Source: Octopus sinensis
Taxonomy: Eukaryota
DNA length: 30,462 nucleotides
NCBI RefSeq assembly: GCF_006345805.1
Contig: NW_021832515.1
Location: 1-30,462, forward strand
Direction: 5' to 3'
The translations under genes were made by a program, and so were the position numbers. This document shows, piece after piece, positions 11,600 to 21,660 of this stretch. The notes under the pieces were generated by a model that searched no databases, had not been told where the DNA came from, and saw only the letters and a list, made by a program, of their open reading frames with translations. Each line of letters begins with the position of its first letter. Position 1 is the first letter of the stretch.

Positions 11600-11821
11600 G
11601 GGTGTAGGTGTTTGTACCCACCACCACCACCACCACCATCACTCGACATCAGATGGTGGTGTATTTATGTATCCGTAACTTAGCGATTCGGCAAAAGAGC
11701 CCGATAGAATAAATACTAGTGTTACAAAGAATAAATTCTGAGGTCGATTTCTTCGACTAAAACCCTTTTAAGGCGTTGCTCCAGCATGGCTGCAGTCAAC
11801 TGCCTGAGCAAAAAGTAAAAG
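11371..11821 (+). mobile_element. SINE family A, near full length
   Basis: Head gtgtggtaaaaagcttgcttcccaaccacatggttccc, core, (TA)n and tail ending aaaagtaaaag. Confidence 0.88.
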
Positions 11822-11894
11822 AATGAAGAATATTGAATAAGAAAAACGCGAATCACTTTTATAAGAACCTTGTGTCTGACAACTACGGCACCAA

Positions 11895-11963
11895 CACCCC
11901 CAACACAATTTTGCCATGCTCCACCGATGGGGCATATATCCTGTGGTGGGAATCACTGGTCTA
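11895..11963 (-). mobile_element. possible hAT-type non-autonomous transposon end
   Basis: Minus tagaccagtgattccca resembles the CAGTGxTTCCCA ends of hAT/Charlie-like elements. No partner TIR was found. Confidence 0.25.
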
Positions 11964-12204
11964 AACGCTACGGTAAAGATTCAACAGTCTGAAAAGCGTT
12001 ATCCAGCAACATCACCCGGGGTTTCCTATCTCCGAGCAGGACGGATGACATACGTAGGTGATCTGGGCATCTCACCATCTCGCCATATCCTTGGTATTGC
12101 GACCAGTCGATTCAGCTCACCTTACCATTGGTTTAGGAAGTCAGGAGCGTGAGAATGAGACTGGTTGTCGAGTTCAGCTCTGCGCACAATAATAGTCCAA
12201 ATCT

Positions 12205-12596
12205 GTGGAGGCGCAATGGCCCAGTGGTTAGGGCAGCGGACTCGCGGTCATAGGATCGCGGTTTCGATTCCCAGACCGGGCGTTGTGAGTGTTTATTGAG
12301 CGAAAACACCTAAAAGCTCCACGAGCTCCGGCAGGGGATGGTGGTGATCCCTGCTGTACTCTTTCACCACAACTTTCTCTCACTCTTACTTCCTGTTTCT
12401 GTTGTACCTGTATTTCAAGGGGCTGGCCTTGTCACTCTCTGTGTCACGCTGAATATCCCCGAGAACTACGTTAAGGGTACACGTGTCTGTGGAGTGCTCA
12501 GCCACTTACACGTTAATTTCACGAGCAGGCTGTTCCGTTGATTCGGATCAACCGGAACCCTCATCGTCGTAACCGACGGAGTGCTTCCATCAACCC
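12205..12596 (+). mobile_element. SINE family C (tRNA-derived head), tail type 1
   Basis: A box tggcccagtgg, B box ggtttcgattccc. 11-bp TSD agtccaaatct at 12194-12204 and 12597-12607. Confidence 0.9.
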
Positions 12597-12615
12597 AGTC
12601 CAAATCTATTGTGGC

Positions 12616-12830
12616 TTTTATCTTTTACTTGTTTCAGTCATTGGACTGCGGTCATGTTGGTGCACCGCCTTGAAGGGTTTGAGTCGAACAAATCGACCCC
12701 AGTAGTAAAGCCTAGTATTTATTCTATCGGAACCTTTTGCCGACAAACTACGTTACAAGGACGTAAACACACCAACACCAGTTGCCAGGCGCTGGTGTAA
12801 GGGGAGAAACATAGACACAAAGACATCCAC
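12616..12830 (-). mobile_element. SINE family A, 3' module only
   Basis: ttttacttgtttcagtcattggactgcgg...ggacgtaaacacaccaacaccagttg matches the 3' half of the full copies. Confidence 0.85.
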
Positions 12831-12834
12831 ATAT

Positions 12835-12844
12835 AAATATATAC

Positions 12845-12934
<90 letters not shown>

Positions 12935-13087
12935 GTGTGTGTGTATGTGTGTGAGTGTGTGTGTGTGGTGTGTCCGTGCCCGCGTATGTTTCCGATTAAG
13001 ACTACGGTTTTCTGTGCATTTTTATGTATTCATACATGTGTATATACATACATACACATACATATAAGCATATGTGTGTGTATGTAT

Positions 13088-13140
<53 letters not shown>

Positions 13141-13213
13141 ATATTTATTTATATATATATATATATTTATTTATATATATATACGCAATATACACACATA
13201 TATATATACATGC

Positions 13214-13245
<32 letters not shown>

Positions 13246-13250
13246 TTAAA
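12835..13250. repeat. compound (TA)n/(GT)n/(CA)n tract
   Basis: Direct observation. Confidence 0.9.
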
Positions 13251-13499
13251 TTGATTGTGAGCTATTTTCATATTTATATATACACGTATAAAGGAGTCAG
13301 GGTGATCGCTTTTTCCGGCGGTGTGTACAATACATCCGATTAGAACGGAATGACTATACATACAGCTGGTGCATGCTCTTTAAGTATATATACTGCATCT
13401 AAAAATAGCCAAATCATTTGTCGTCATCGTTTCTTACTCTCATTTCAAATTTATTTTATCTAAATTTTTTTTTGTACTATTGCGATTGTTATCAGTGCT

Positions 13500-14184
13500 G
13501 TTATTATTGGTGTTGTTCTTGTTGTTGTTGTGGTGGTGGTGGTAGCTTGGTGGTGTTGGTGGTGGTGGCTGTTATTGTTGTCGCCGTCGTTTTTTTTTGT
13601 TGTTATTGTTAAGGTGAGCTCAGGTCGAGTGAGCACGCCATGGGTTTCCTCGTTGGCTCGTTTCTACGTCACTGTTATTGTAGTTTTTGTTGTTGTTATT
13701 ATGATTATGTTTTGGCGTTGTTACCGAGTGGTGTTCAATGGGTGGTGGCGTTGGTGGTGACAGCGTTAGTAGTGGTGGTGGTGGTGGTGTGGTGGTGGTG
13801 GGGTGGTGGTGGGGGTGGTGTCCGTCATTTATTTACATTTTTCATTTATTCTTATTGGTGTGTTCTTTGCACGGTTTTATTTCCTTCTTATGTTTGACTC
13901 CGTTTTTGAGTAGTAAGTAGTGGTAGCGGTGGTGGTGGTGGTGGTGGTGGTTTTTGGTGGTGGTGGTGGTGGTGGTGTGGTTGTGGTGGTGATGGTGGTG
14001 GTGTGGTGGTGGCGGTGGTGTGGTGATGGTGGTGGTGGTGGTAGTGGTTGGTGGTGGTGGGTGGTATAGCGGTGGTGGTTGGTGGTGGTGGTGGTGGGGT
14101 GGTGGTGGTGGTGGTGGTGGTGGTGGTGGTGTAGTAGTCGTGGTGGTCGTCGTGGTGGTGGTGGTAGTGGTGGTGGTGGTTGTC

Positions 14185-14229
<45 letters not shown>

Positions 14230-14380
14230 ATGGTGGTCGTCGTGGTGGTCGTCGTGGTAGTGGTTGTGTGGTGGTAGTGTGTGGTAGTGGTGGGGGTTGG
14301 GTGGTGGTGGTTGGTGGTGGGTGGTGGTGGTGGTGGTGGTGGTGGTGGTGGTGTGGCGGCGGCGGCGGTGGTGGTGATGG
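13500..14380. repeat. long interrupted (GGT)n/(GTT)n tract with (GTCGTG)n subrepeat
   Basis: Direct observation. The hexamer run lies at about 14186-14230. Confidence 0.92.
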
Positions 14381-14579
14381 AAATGAACGTTGATGGTGAG
14401 GTTGCAAAATGCTAGATATAATTGACAGGCATTGGATGGCGAAGGTGTGTCGGCGGAATCATAATAAACTGGAAAAAGGGAAGAGAGGAATGAAAATTGA
14501 CCAATTATAGACTCCCAGAAAGGTATTGCGCCTGTAAATATGTGTGTGTGTGGTGTGGTGTGTGTGTGTGTGTGTGTGT

Positions 14580-14618
<39 letters not shown>

Positions 14619-15034
14619 GTCCGTATGTGGGGTGGGGGATAGTGGTCGTGCGTTTGTTTTCGGGTTTTGGGTTTTTGGGTGCAATATCTTCTATCTGGGT
14701 GTAGTGGGATGGGCGAGAATATTTGCATGTGAAATATGCAATGTACGTAAATATACAGAGAAGTGCATGTGCGTGCACCCTTGTATGTGTGCGTTTGTGT
14801 GTGGTGTATATATGTATGTGTATGTATGAATATGTATGTATATGTGTAGTTTTACAAACAAGCACTTCTAAAATCTGTAAACCATAAATCAGTAGTGTTT
14901 GTTTAAAGAGCATTACAGGATAAATATATTAAAGGTGTGTGACAATAAGAAGTGTGAGTATGTGTGTGTATATATATATATATTTATATATAATATATGT
15001 ATATATATTATTATATATATATATATACATCAAC

Positions 15035-15110
15035 ATACATACATACATACATCATACATCATACATACATACATACATACATACATACATACATACATAC
15101 ATACATACTC
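15035..15110. repeat. (CATA)n microsatellite
   Basis: Direct observation. Confidence 0.95.
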
Positions 15111-15114
15111 TCTG

Positions 15115-15270
15115 TACTCTTTACTCTTTTACTTGTTTTAGTCATTTGACTGCGGCTATGCTGGAGCACCGCCTTTAGTCGAGCAAATCGACCCAGGACT
15201 TATTCTTTGTAAGCCTAGTACTTATTCTATCGTCTCTTTTGCCGAACCGCTAAGTTACGGGGACGTAAAC
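15115..15270 (-). mobile_element. SINE family A, 5'-truncated copy
   Basis: Nearly identical to the 3' 155 bp of 5822-6278 and 29691-30098. Confidence 0.88.
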
Positions 15271-15804
15271 ATTCTTTGAAAATAATTTCTCCCCACCACC
15301 ACCACCTTGCTGATACAACACCTTCTCCATCGTTTCTTGAACGTTTTCAAGAGTTTTACCTAGGTCTCTTGTATTGCTTGAGATTGGTGACCACACGGGG
15401 TGAATTTCAAGTCAGAGTAAAGAAACGGTAAATAGAAACAGAATTTCGATATTAAGCACAGAGTTGTACAATTAGAAGAGATACACAAAAGTGGATTGAA
15501 GGCATGAATTTTAATTGGAATAAACAAAATGCAGTAAGAAACGTCAAGGTAACAATGAACGTCTAGCATCGTCGACATTACATTCTTTTCAAATATATGG
15601 TTCGAAAGAGTGACTGAGTTTGTACCATCTGAAAGAAAATCACAGACGATGTGACCTCCTCGAACTAAGAATATCGACGAGAAGAGGAAAAGTCGACGAG
15701 AAGAGCCAATATATACCACTGTCGTCGTTGGTAAAAAGGATATGAAGAAAAATATGGCAAAGTGAAGCAGAGTATGTGTTCTGTCGCTTGATTCGTGCCA
15801 TATG

Positions 15805-16120
15805 AAAAGATAAGTTAGAGAAGACTATATTAGCTGAACAAGGAGTTAAATATAAAGGATGATTGGGTGCTTCTAGGCGGTTAATCAATCTGCATGAAAT
15901 AGCAACCGAATCTCCACCAATGTCTTAAAAAAAGAAGAACACATACAGTATTATAGTCGTCGGTTAAGTGAAACTGGGTAATAGACAAAATGGTCAAGGA
16001 TGGAGTAACAGAAACTTAAGGTTATGGAGAAACATAACCCTAAGTGTTGAAAAGGTGTCTTCGGCCATTATCATCCGATGACCAAAGTGTTGTGACTTAA
16101 ATTTGGTAGACGGAAATAGT
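15805..16120 (+). repeat. local direct duplication, copy 1 (partner 20083-20408)
   Basis: Aligns at >90% with about a dozen substitutions and two indels. Confidence 0.92.
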
Positions 16121-16139
16121 ATGCTTGGTATGCTTGGTT

Positions 16140-17170
16140 TTGCCATTCATTTTCAGACTGAAGACGAAGCAAGAACATAGAGCTAATCACCACACATGCG
16201 CACTAAGCTTTTTGACTGGCATCGTAGAAGATGGGAAGATATAAAGGACATGGTCAGAGATATTGGTAGAGTCCGTGACTCTTGGCTTGTACAAGACATG
16301 CAGGTGATCCATATGGAGGTGACCCGTGTTAACATGTATTTGAATGGAGCGTATTTAGATATTCATGACAGAATGACGCCCTAAAATCACAAGGTTATCT
16401 TGGGGTCATAGCTCTTTGGGAGAGCGAAGAAGACCGGGGATGAAATAAAAGGGAGAACCGGCGCCCTCAGACTGTAGGTGAGTCAGTCACAACTGCAATA
16501 ACAAGTCCCAGGGGTGAAGACCATGGCTGCTGCAAGTGCTGTTTCCAGAGCAACAGTGGTCATATATCTAGTAATCATGAGAACGGGTAATAATGAAATC
16601 ATTTTCTTGTATGTCACCAGCACCAGCGACAGACAACCAACGATAAACCAAGGTACAACTACGGTCAGAGAGTACACATATCGGTATTTTTTTTCTATTG
16701 TCTACAAATACTAGTTTCCTCCTCCTGAGGAGCACATATAGACTGAAGGAAGGGTGCGAGGAGTGACTTTAGATAAAAGTGAAATAGCATTCCGAGGGTA
16801 CCTTACGAAGAGGCATCTCTGCCGCGAGAAGCATAGGTATCATGGCTGCTGAGTCGATGGCATGAGACTATGAGCGAAGCTGAATGCACTGGAAGCAAAC
16901 GAAGAGAATCTTACATTCAATGGTGAAGCAAACGAGGAAGATTTTATAGAAGACAAATATGACAGCTGTTGGTTAAGACAATACCACAAATCTATATACA
17001 GCTAATGAGCCACACCCCACAGATTTTCGTGGTTGGAGGCTTCAGGGTTTAGCCAAACCCAATGTTGCTCAAGTTAGTGGGGAGTCCTGATTCTAACCAA
17101 GTAGCGGTTTCTTAGCTCTGTGTGAGTCTGGGGTGGTTATTTGTGTTTGTTTCTGTGTAGCGAAGTTTGA
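16140..17170 (-). mobile_element. unclassified GC-richer block, possibly a decayed non-LTR retrotransposon
   Basis: Higher GC than its flanks, with only weak RT-like scraps on minus (PWF..C, TSIW, PISLT). No continuous frame. Confidence 0.25.
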
Positions 17171-17382
17171 ATCTGTCTCAAAATACTGTACTTCATTCTT
17201 CTTTATATGTTTGTAGTTAGTAAGTTAGTTAGCTAGCTAGTTAGTTATAGTTATTTAGTTAGATAGTTAGATACATTCACACATACATACTTCCGTGCAT
17301 ATATATACACACATATGGCATAAGTACGTATGCGTGTATGCATGTACATACGCGTGTTTGTATGTACGCATGTAAGTATACA

Positions 17383-17423
<41 letters not shown>

Positions 17424-18397
17424 TGTGTGTGCGCGTGTGTGTGTGTGTGTGTGTGCAAGCATGTATGTTTGCACTTTTACATTGTTTTGCAACCTTTCTT
17501 TTGTGACTCATCACGTATTAAATGGAAGACGCCATCCCTCTAGGGTCGCTAACATGAAGTACCAGTCAACTATTAGGGTTCATACAATTAACGATCCTCC
17601 TCCCTCACATTTCTGGCCTTTATAGTATAAACTATTATTGTTGCTACTACTACTGCTATTGTTGTTGCTATTGTTGCTTCTGCTGCTGTTGTTGTTGTTA
17701 ATTGTGAAAAGTCAGTCACGTGCTCAAAGCTCAGTGCAGAAAGTACATACCTCTAAAATTAACATAGGAGAAAGAATATATTTTATTTGTACTATATTTT
17801 ACCACCAAGGGGTTTCAGAACAGCTGGATGTCCATCTCATTACTTGGAGTAGAGAAGAGGTCTGCTCTAAGATCGCTTTTGTTTTTCTGGTGTTAATCTT
17901 TTCGACAAATATTACAAATGCAATATTTATACACTGCAAATAGCTTCCTCAAGAGAAAGAGAGAGAGAGAGGCACTTGACAAAGAAGTAGTAGCACTAAC
18001 AGATCCAAACACGCTTCTCTCCAAAAAATAAAGCATACAGAAAATTTAGACATTTACGTAAGTACAGTGAAACACACACACAGACACAAATAGTTATTCT
18101 TGTATTCACTTCACTTCATCGTTGTTTTTATATGCAGATGGTGTTACTGGGTTCTTTAGTCTCTAAACAGATCTCTCTATCTGCGCCAACCCGAGTGCAT
18201 TATGCTACATTCCTTGTGGATTCCTTCATCTCTACATTAAAAAAAATATAGTGAAGATGAGTTCAGAATAAGACTGGGATATGTCTAGAGTTACTTCTCA
18301 TAGTCATCCGAAATAATATATTAATCACTATTGAAATTGGTTTAATTAGCTTTTTAATGTTTACTACATTATGTGGTACATAAACACAAGACCTCAG

Positions 18398-18545
18398 ATT
18401 TGTAAGGGGTCAGGGAAAACAGTCGATTACATCAACCGCAATATTTTACTGGTACTTTATCAACCCCAGAAGAATTGTTCACAAAACCTACCTTGAAGTG
18501 ATATGAACCCAGAAGGTAAAGAGCTGTAATTAATTACCGCTCTAC
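18398..18545 (-). mobile_element. degenerate SINE family B-related copy
   Basis: agtcgattacatcaacc..actggtacttt..tcaacccc is the reverse complement of the B core. Confidence 0.55.
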
Positions 18546-18583
18546 TGATTTTGCTCCTTCATTGCCCTACATTAAATATTCTA

Positions 18584-18785
18584 GACGGCAAGATGGCAAA
18601 ATCGCTAGCACCCCGGGCAAAATGCTTAACGGCATTTCGTCCGTCTTTACATTCTGAGTTCAAACTCCACCGAGGTTGACTTTGCCTTTCATCCTTCCGG
18701 GGTCTATCACTCAAGCAGTGGAGTCAAAGTAATCGACTTAATCTCTCACTCCAAAACTGCTGACCTTGTGCCAAGATTTCAAGCC
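18584..18785 (+). mobile_element. SINE family B monomer (diverged)
   Basis: Head, ctgagttcaaa B-box-like segment, gactttgcctttcatcctt core. Confidence 0.8.
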
Positions 18786-18844
18786 AAGATTTTAATTTTA
18801 ACAGATGTACATATTTCATGTTTTGGAAGATGACAATAGACAAT

Positions 18845-18930
18845 TCAATCGACCTCAAAATTTCACTGGTACTGTTACCATTCACTGAAGCATGAAAGAC
18901 TTCAGCGGATTTTGAACTCAGAACGTACAA
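18845..18930 (-). mobile_element. degenerate SINE family B fragment
   Basis: aatcgacc..actggtact..tttgaactcagaacgta. Confidence 0.55.
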
Positions 18931-18982
18931 TGATGTAACAATTAAAACAACATTAATCATTAACTAATATTGATATTTTTCA

Positions 18983-19378
18983 AGGCGGCAAGCTGGCAGA
19001 AACGTTAGCACGCCGGGCGAAATGCATAGCTGTATTTTGTCTGCTGTTACGTTCTGAGTTCAAATTCCGCCGAGCTCGACTTTGCCTTTCATCCTTTCGG
19101 GGTCGATTAAATAAGTACCAGTTACGCACTGGGGTCGATATAATCAACTTAATCCGTTTGTCAGTCCTTGTTTGTCCTCTCTGTGTTTAGCCCCTTGTGG
19201 GTAGTAAATAAATAGGTATTTCATCACTCTACGTTTTGAGTTCAAATTCTGCCGAGGTTGACTTTTCCTTTCGTCCTTTCGAGGTCGATAATTTAAGTAC
19301 TAGTTGCGTACTGGGTTCGATCTAATCGACTGGCCCCATCTCCAAAAATTTTCGGGCCTTCTTCCTAGAGTAGAAAAG
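18983..19378 (+). mobile_element. SINE family B dimer (unit with tail A + headless unit with tail B)
   Basis: 17-bp TSD aatattgatatttttca at 18966-18982 and 19379-19395. Internal junction aaata|ggtatttc at 19214/19215. Confidence 0.9.
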
Positions 19379-19601
19379 AATATTGATATTTTTCATCTCA
19401 TCTCATAATGAATTCTCATTAGGCGTTTATTATGTATTTTGCATTAAATGTGTTAACACCTAACTATTAACAATGTTAACACTATTCATTCTGTTAAAAC
19501 TAACTTCTAACACTAACAATTAATTATTAAGCATAGACTTAACTACACAGGTTTGGGGCGGTTGATAAATTGAAAACTGTTAATGTGAATTGTTCTTGTC
19601 G

Positions 19602-19613
19602 TTGTTGTTGTTG

Positions 19614-19655
<42 letters not shown>

Positions 19656-19673
19656 TTGTTGTTGTTGTTGTTG
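19602..19673 (-). repeat. symmetric compound triplet (CAA)7(CAG)10(CAA)7
   Basis: Counted from the sequence. Reads as 24 Gln in one minus frame, directly preceded by TAA. Confidence 0.95.
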
Positions 19674-19711
19674 TTAAGCAACAAGACGGATAAAGGTGAT
19701 TAGGTGATGGT

Positions 19712-20080
19712 CTAGGGCTTAGGGGCGGGAGACCCGAGACTTGGAAAAAAAAACTTTGGTCGTCTTGTAGTCGAGGGCTCTTCGTTGACGCCCGACACCA
19801 CTGGGAGGTGGCCCTCAAAGTCGCTGGAAATGGAGATCTCCAGGTTCAAATTCTTGAACGGCTGTTGCTGCTGCTGCAGCTGCTGTGCTTCTTCTTCTTG
19901 TATAACCCTGGGTCAGTTCAAATCGAAAATGACCACGTTGCGGCATATTTCTTCGAGCTTTTGTTTCGAGAAGCCTCCTAACATGTTCGCTTGATTTTTC
20001 TAAATATATCAGCTAAATTCCTCGCAAATTTTATCACCGAAAACAAGACGGGTGGTCACTACCACAATGCCGATCAACCA
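19712..20080 (-). pseudogene. coding-like frame interrupted by three stops (unknown protein)
   Basis: WLIGIVVVTTRLVFGDKICEEFS*YI*KNQANMLGGFSKQKLEEICRNVVIFDLN*PRVIQEEEAQQLQQQQQPFKNLNLEISISSDFEGHLPVVSGVNEEPSTTRRPKFFFPSLGSPAPKP*. About 60% of codons end in G/C on both sides of the third stop (TGA 19915-19913), against an AT-rich background. No family recognised. Confidence 0.45.
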
Positions 20081-20082
20081 AT

Positions 20083-20408
20083 AAAAGATAAGTTAGAGAA
20101 GACTATATTAGCTGAACAAGGAGTTAAATATAAAAGATGATTGGTTGCATCTAGGCGGTTAATCAATCTGCATGAAATAGCAACCGAATCTCCACCAATT
20201 CACCCCCTAATATCTTAAAAAAAAGAATACATACAGTATTATACTCGTCGGTTAAGTGAAACTGGTTAATAGACAAAATGGTCAAGGATGGAGTAACAGA
20301 AACCTAAGGTTATGGAGAAACATAACCCTAAGCGTTGAAAAGGTGTGTTCCGCCATTATCATCCGATGACCAAAGTGTTGTGACTTAAATTTGGTAGACG
20401 GAAATAGT
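20083..20408 (+). repeat. local direct duplication, copy 2 (partner 15805-16120)
   Basis: As copy 1. Carries a ~12-nt segment (tcaccccctaat) absent from copy 1. Confidence 0.92.
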
Positions 20409-20859
20409 GTAGAAGCTTGACATAGGGTTCCCTCTCTATTGTTGGATTCCTGGATTAATCGACCCCTTAGAGATGTCCACGATGATCTACATATTAAAGT
20501 AGTTTTCTGGTCTGGGAATGCATTTCCCCGCCTGCCACAAGTTCTTGGTGGATCCTATTTAGGGGGAACCGTGGCCATGGGTCTTATTCTTAAATTGCCC
20601 TAGATAAATCAATATGATAACAGCCTGGTAACAGTGTGAACATAGATGGATGTTCTATTCTCTGCATATGTTTAGATGTATATGCGTGTGTATATGCAGT
20701 GATTGTGTTCATATTCAGATATAACATTGGAATGTATTTATGCATATGGGAAGTGTTAACAGATATGATCACGATGTAGATCAGGTGTATATGTAGATTT
20801 ATATATATACACACACATACATACATACAAACATATATATATATATATATACAATAGAA

Positions 20860-21125
20860 ATACAAAATGGCTGACGGTTAGTAAGGAGAGACACAAATAA
20901 GAAAGAAGAAAACAAAGGACCACTGATGCGGTCACAGGAGTGTGACGAAAGAACTCTGGCCGAAATAAGATTAAGATTAATGTAAAAAATAAATAACACT
21001 GAAGCAAAATAACACCAAATATATAGTGCGTGTGTTTTTATTGGCTAAACTAGCAATATGACCATTCCGAAATATAACAATATCTGTTTCAACACACGAC
21101 TTCACATAAAAAATCTTGCACAACA
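20860..21125 (+). mobile_element. Penelope-like terminal remnant, same family as 790-1152
   Basis: Shares aaatatatagtgcgtgtgttt..atgacc..ccgaa..atctgtttcaacaca.ga.ttca.at with the minus strand of 790-885, plus the hammerhead-like motif. Confidence 0.55.
20917..20961 (+). ncRNA. minimal type I hammerhead ribozyme-like motif (A9 to C variant)
   Basis: GGACCA-CUGAUGC-G-GUCACA(GGAG)UGUGAC-GAA-AGAACU-C-UGGCC. Confidence 0.6.
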
Positions 21126-21178
21126 AATATTTATATATATATATATATATATATAATTATAGTATATAATGATAAATT

Positions 21179-21338
21179 TATAATTATAATTAAGGGCGCT
21201 GGATGGACAACACCAAAACGTTAGAATTAGATGTCAAATGTTTACAAACGACTCTATATTTGTTCTCCATTGTAGACATTTGACATCTACCTCTAACGTA
21301 TTGCCATTGCCCCTCCAGTGGCCTTAATTATAATTATA
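21179..21338. mobile_element. ~160-bp imperfect foldback / MITE-like element
   Basis: tataattataattaagg..ctgga..acgttaga..tagatgtcaaatgt.tacaa pairs with its reverse complement at 21270-21338. Confidence 0.75.
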
Positions 21339-21444
21339 TATTTATAATTATATGCTTAAATATTCATTTTACCGATAGGGTGATTTTTATACGCTGGCCA
21401 CTGGTATAATCATTTTAAGGATTATATCTTCAATGTATACGTGT

Positions 21445-21660
<216 letters not shown>

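Noticed and set aside
12095-12180. Minus-strand ccaATG|gtaagg, a possible start-codon exon
   Set aside because: No downstream exon or other support; the motif can occur by chance.
13888-14913. 341-aa minus-strand ORF with His/Asp/Thr/Pro runs, superficially a His-rich structural protein
   Set aside because: It is a translation of (ACC)n, (CACGAC)n and (CA)n repeats. Homopolymer identity switches with indels, showing no frame constraint.
15560-15800. Lys/Arg-rich plus-strand frame (IDEKRKSRREEPIY...)
   Set aside because: Short, bounded by stops and lacking codon bias; likely purine-rich composition.
18137-18251. Plus-strand acceptor followed by MVLLGSLVSK...
   Set aside because: 37-codon frame with no donor or recognisable domain.
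19815-20012. Alternative minus frame LIYLEKSSEHVRRLLETK...GDLHFQRL*
   Set aside because: It is open for 65 codons, but its first half has only about 30% GC3 versus about 60% in the preferred frame. Kept as a less likely alternative.
15805-20408. LTR retrotransposon bounded by the two direct repeats
   Set aside because: No TG..CA ends, PBS, PPT, TSD or gag/pol remnants.
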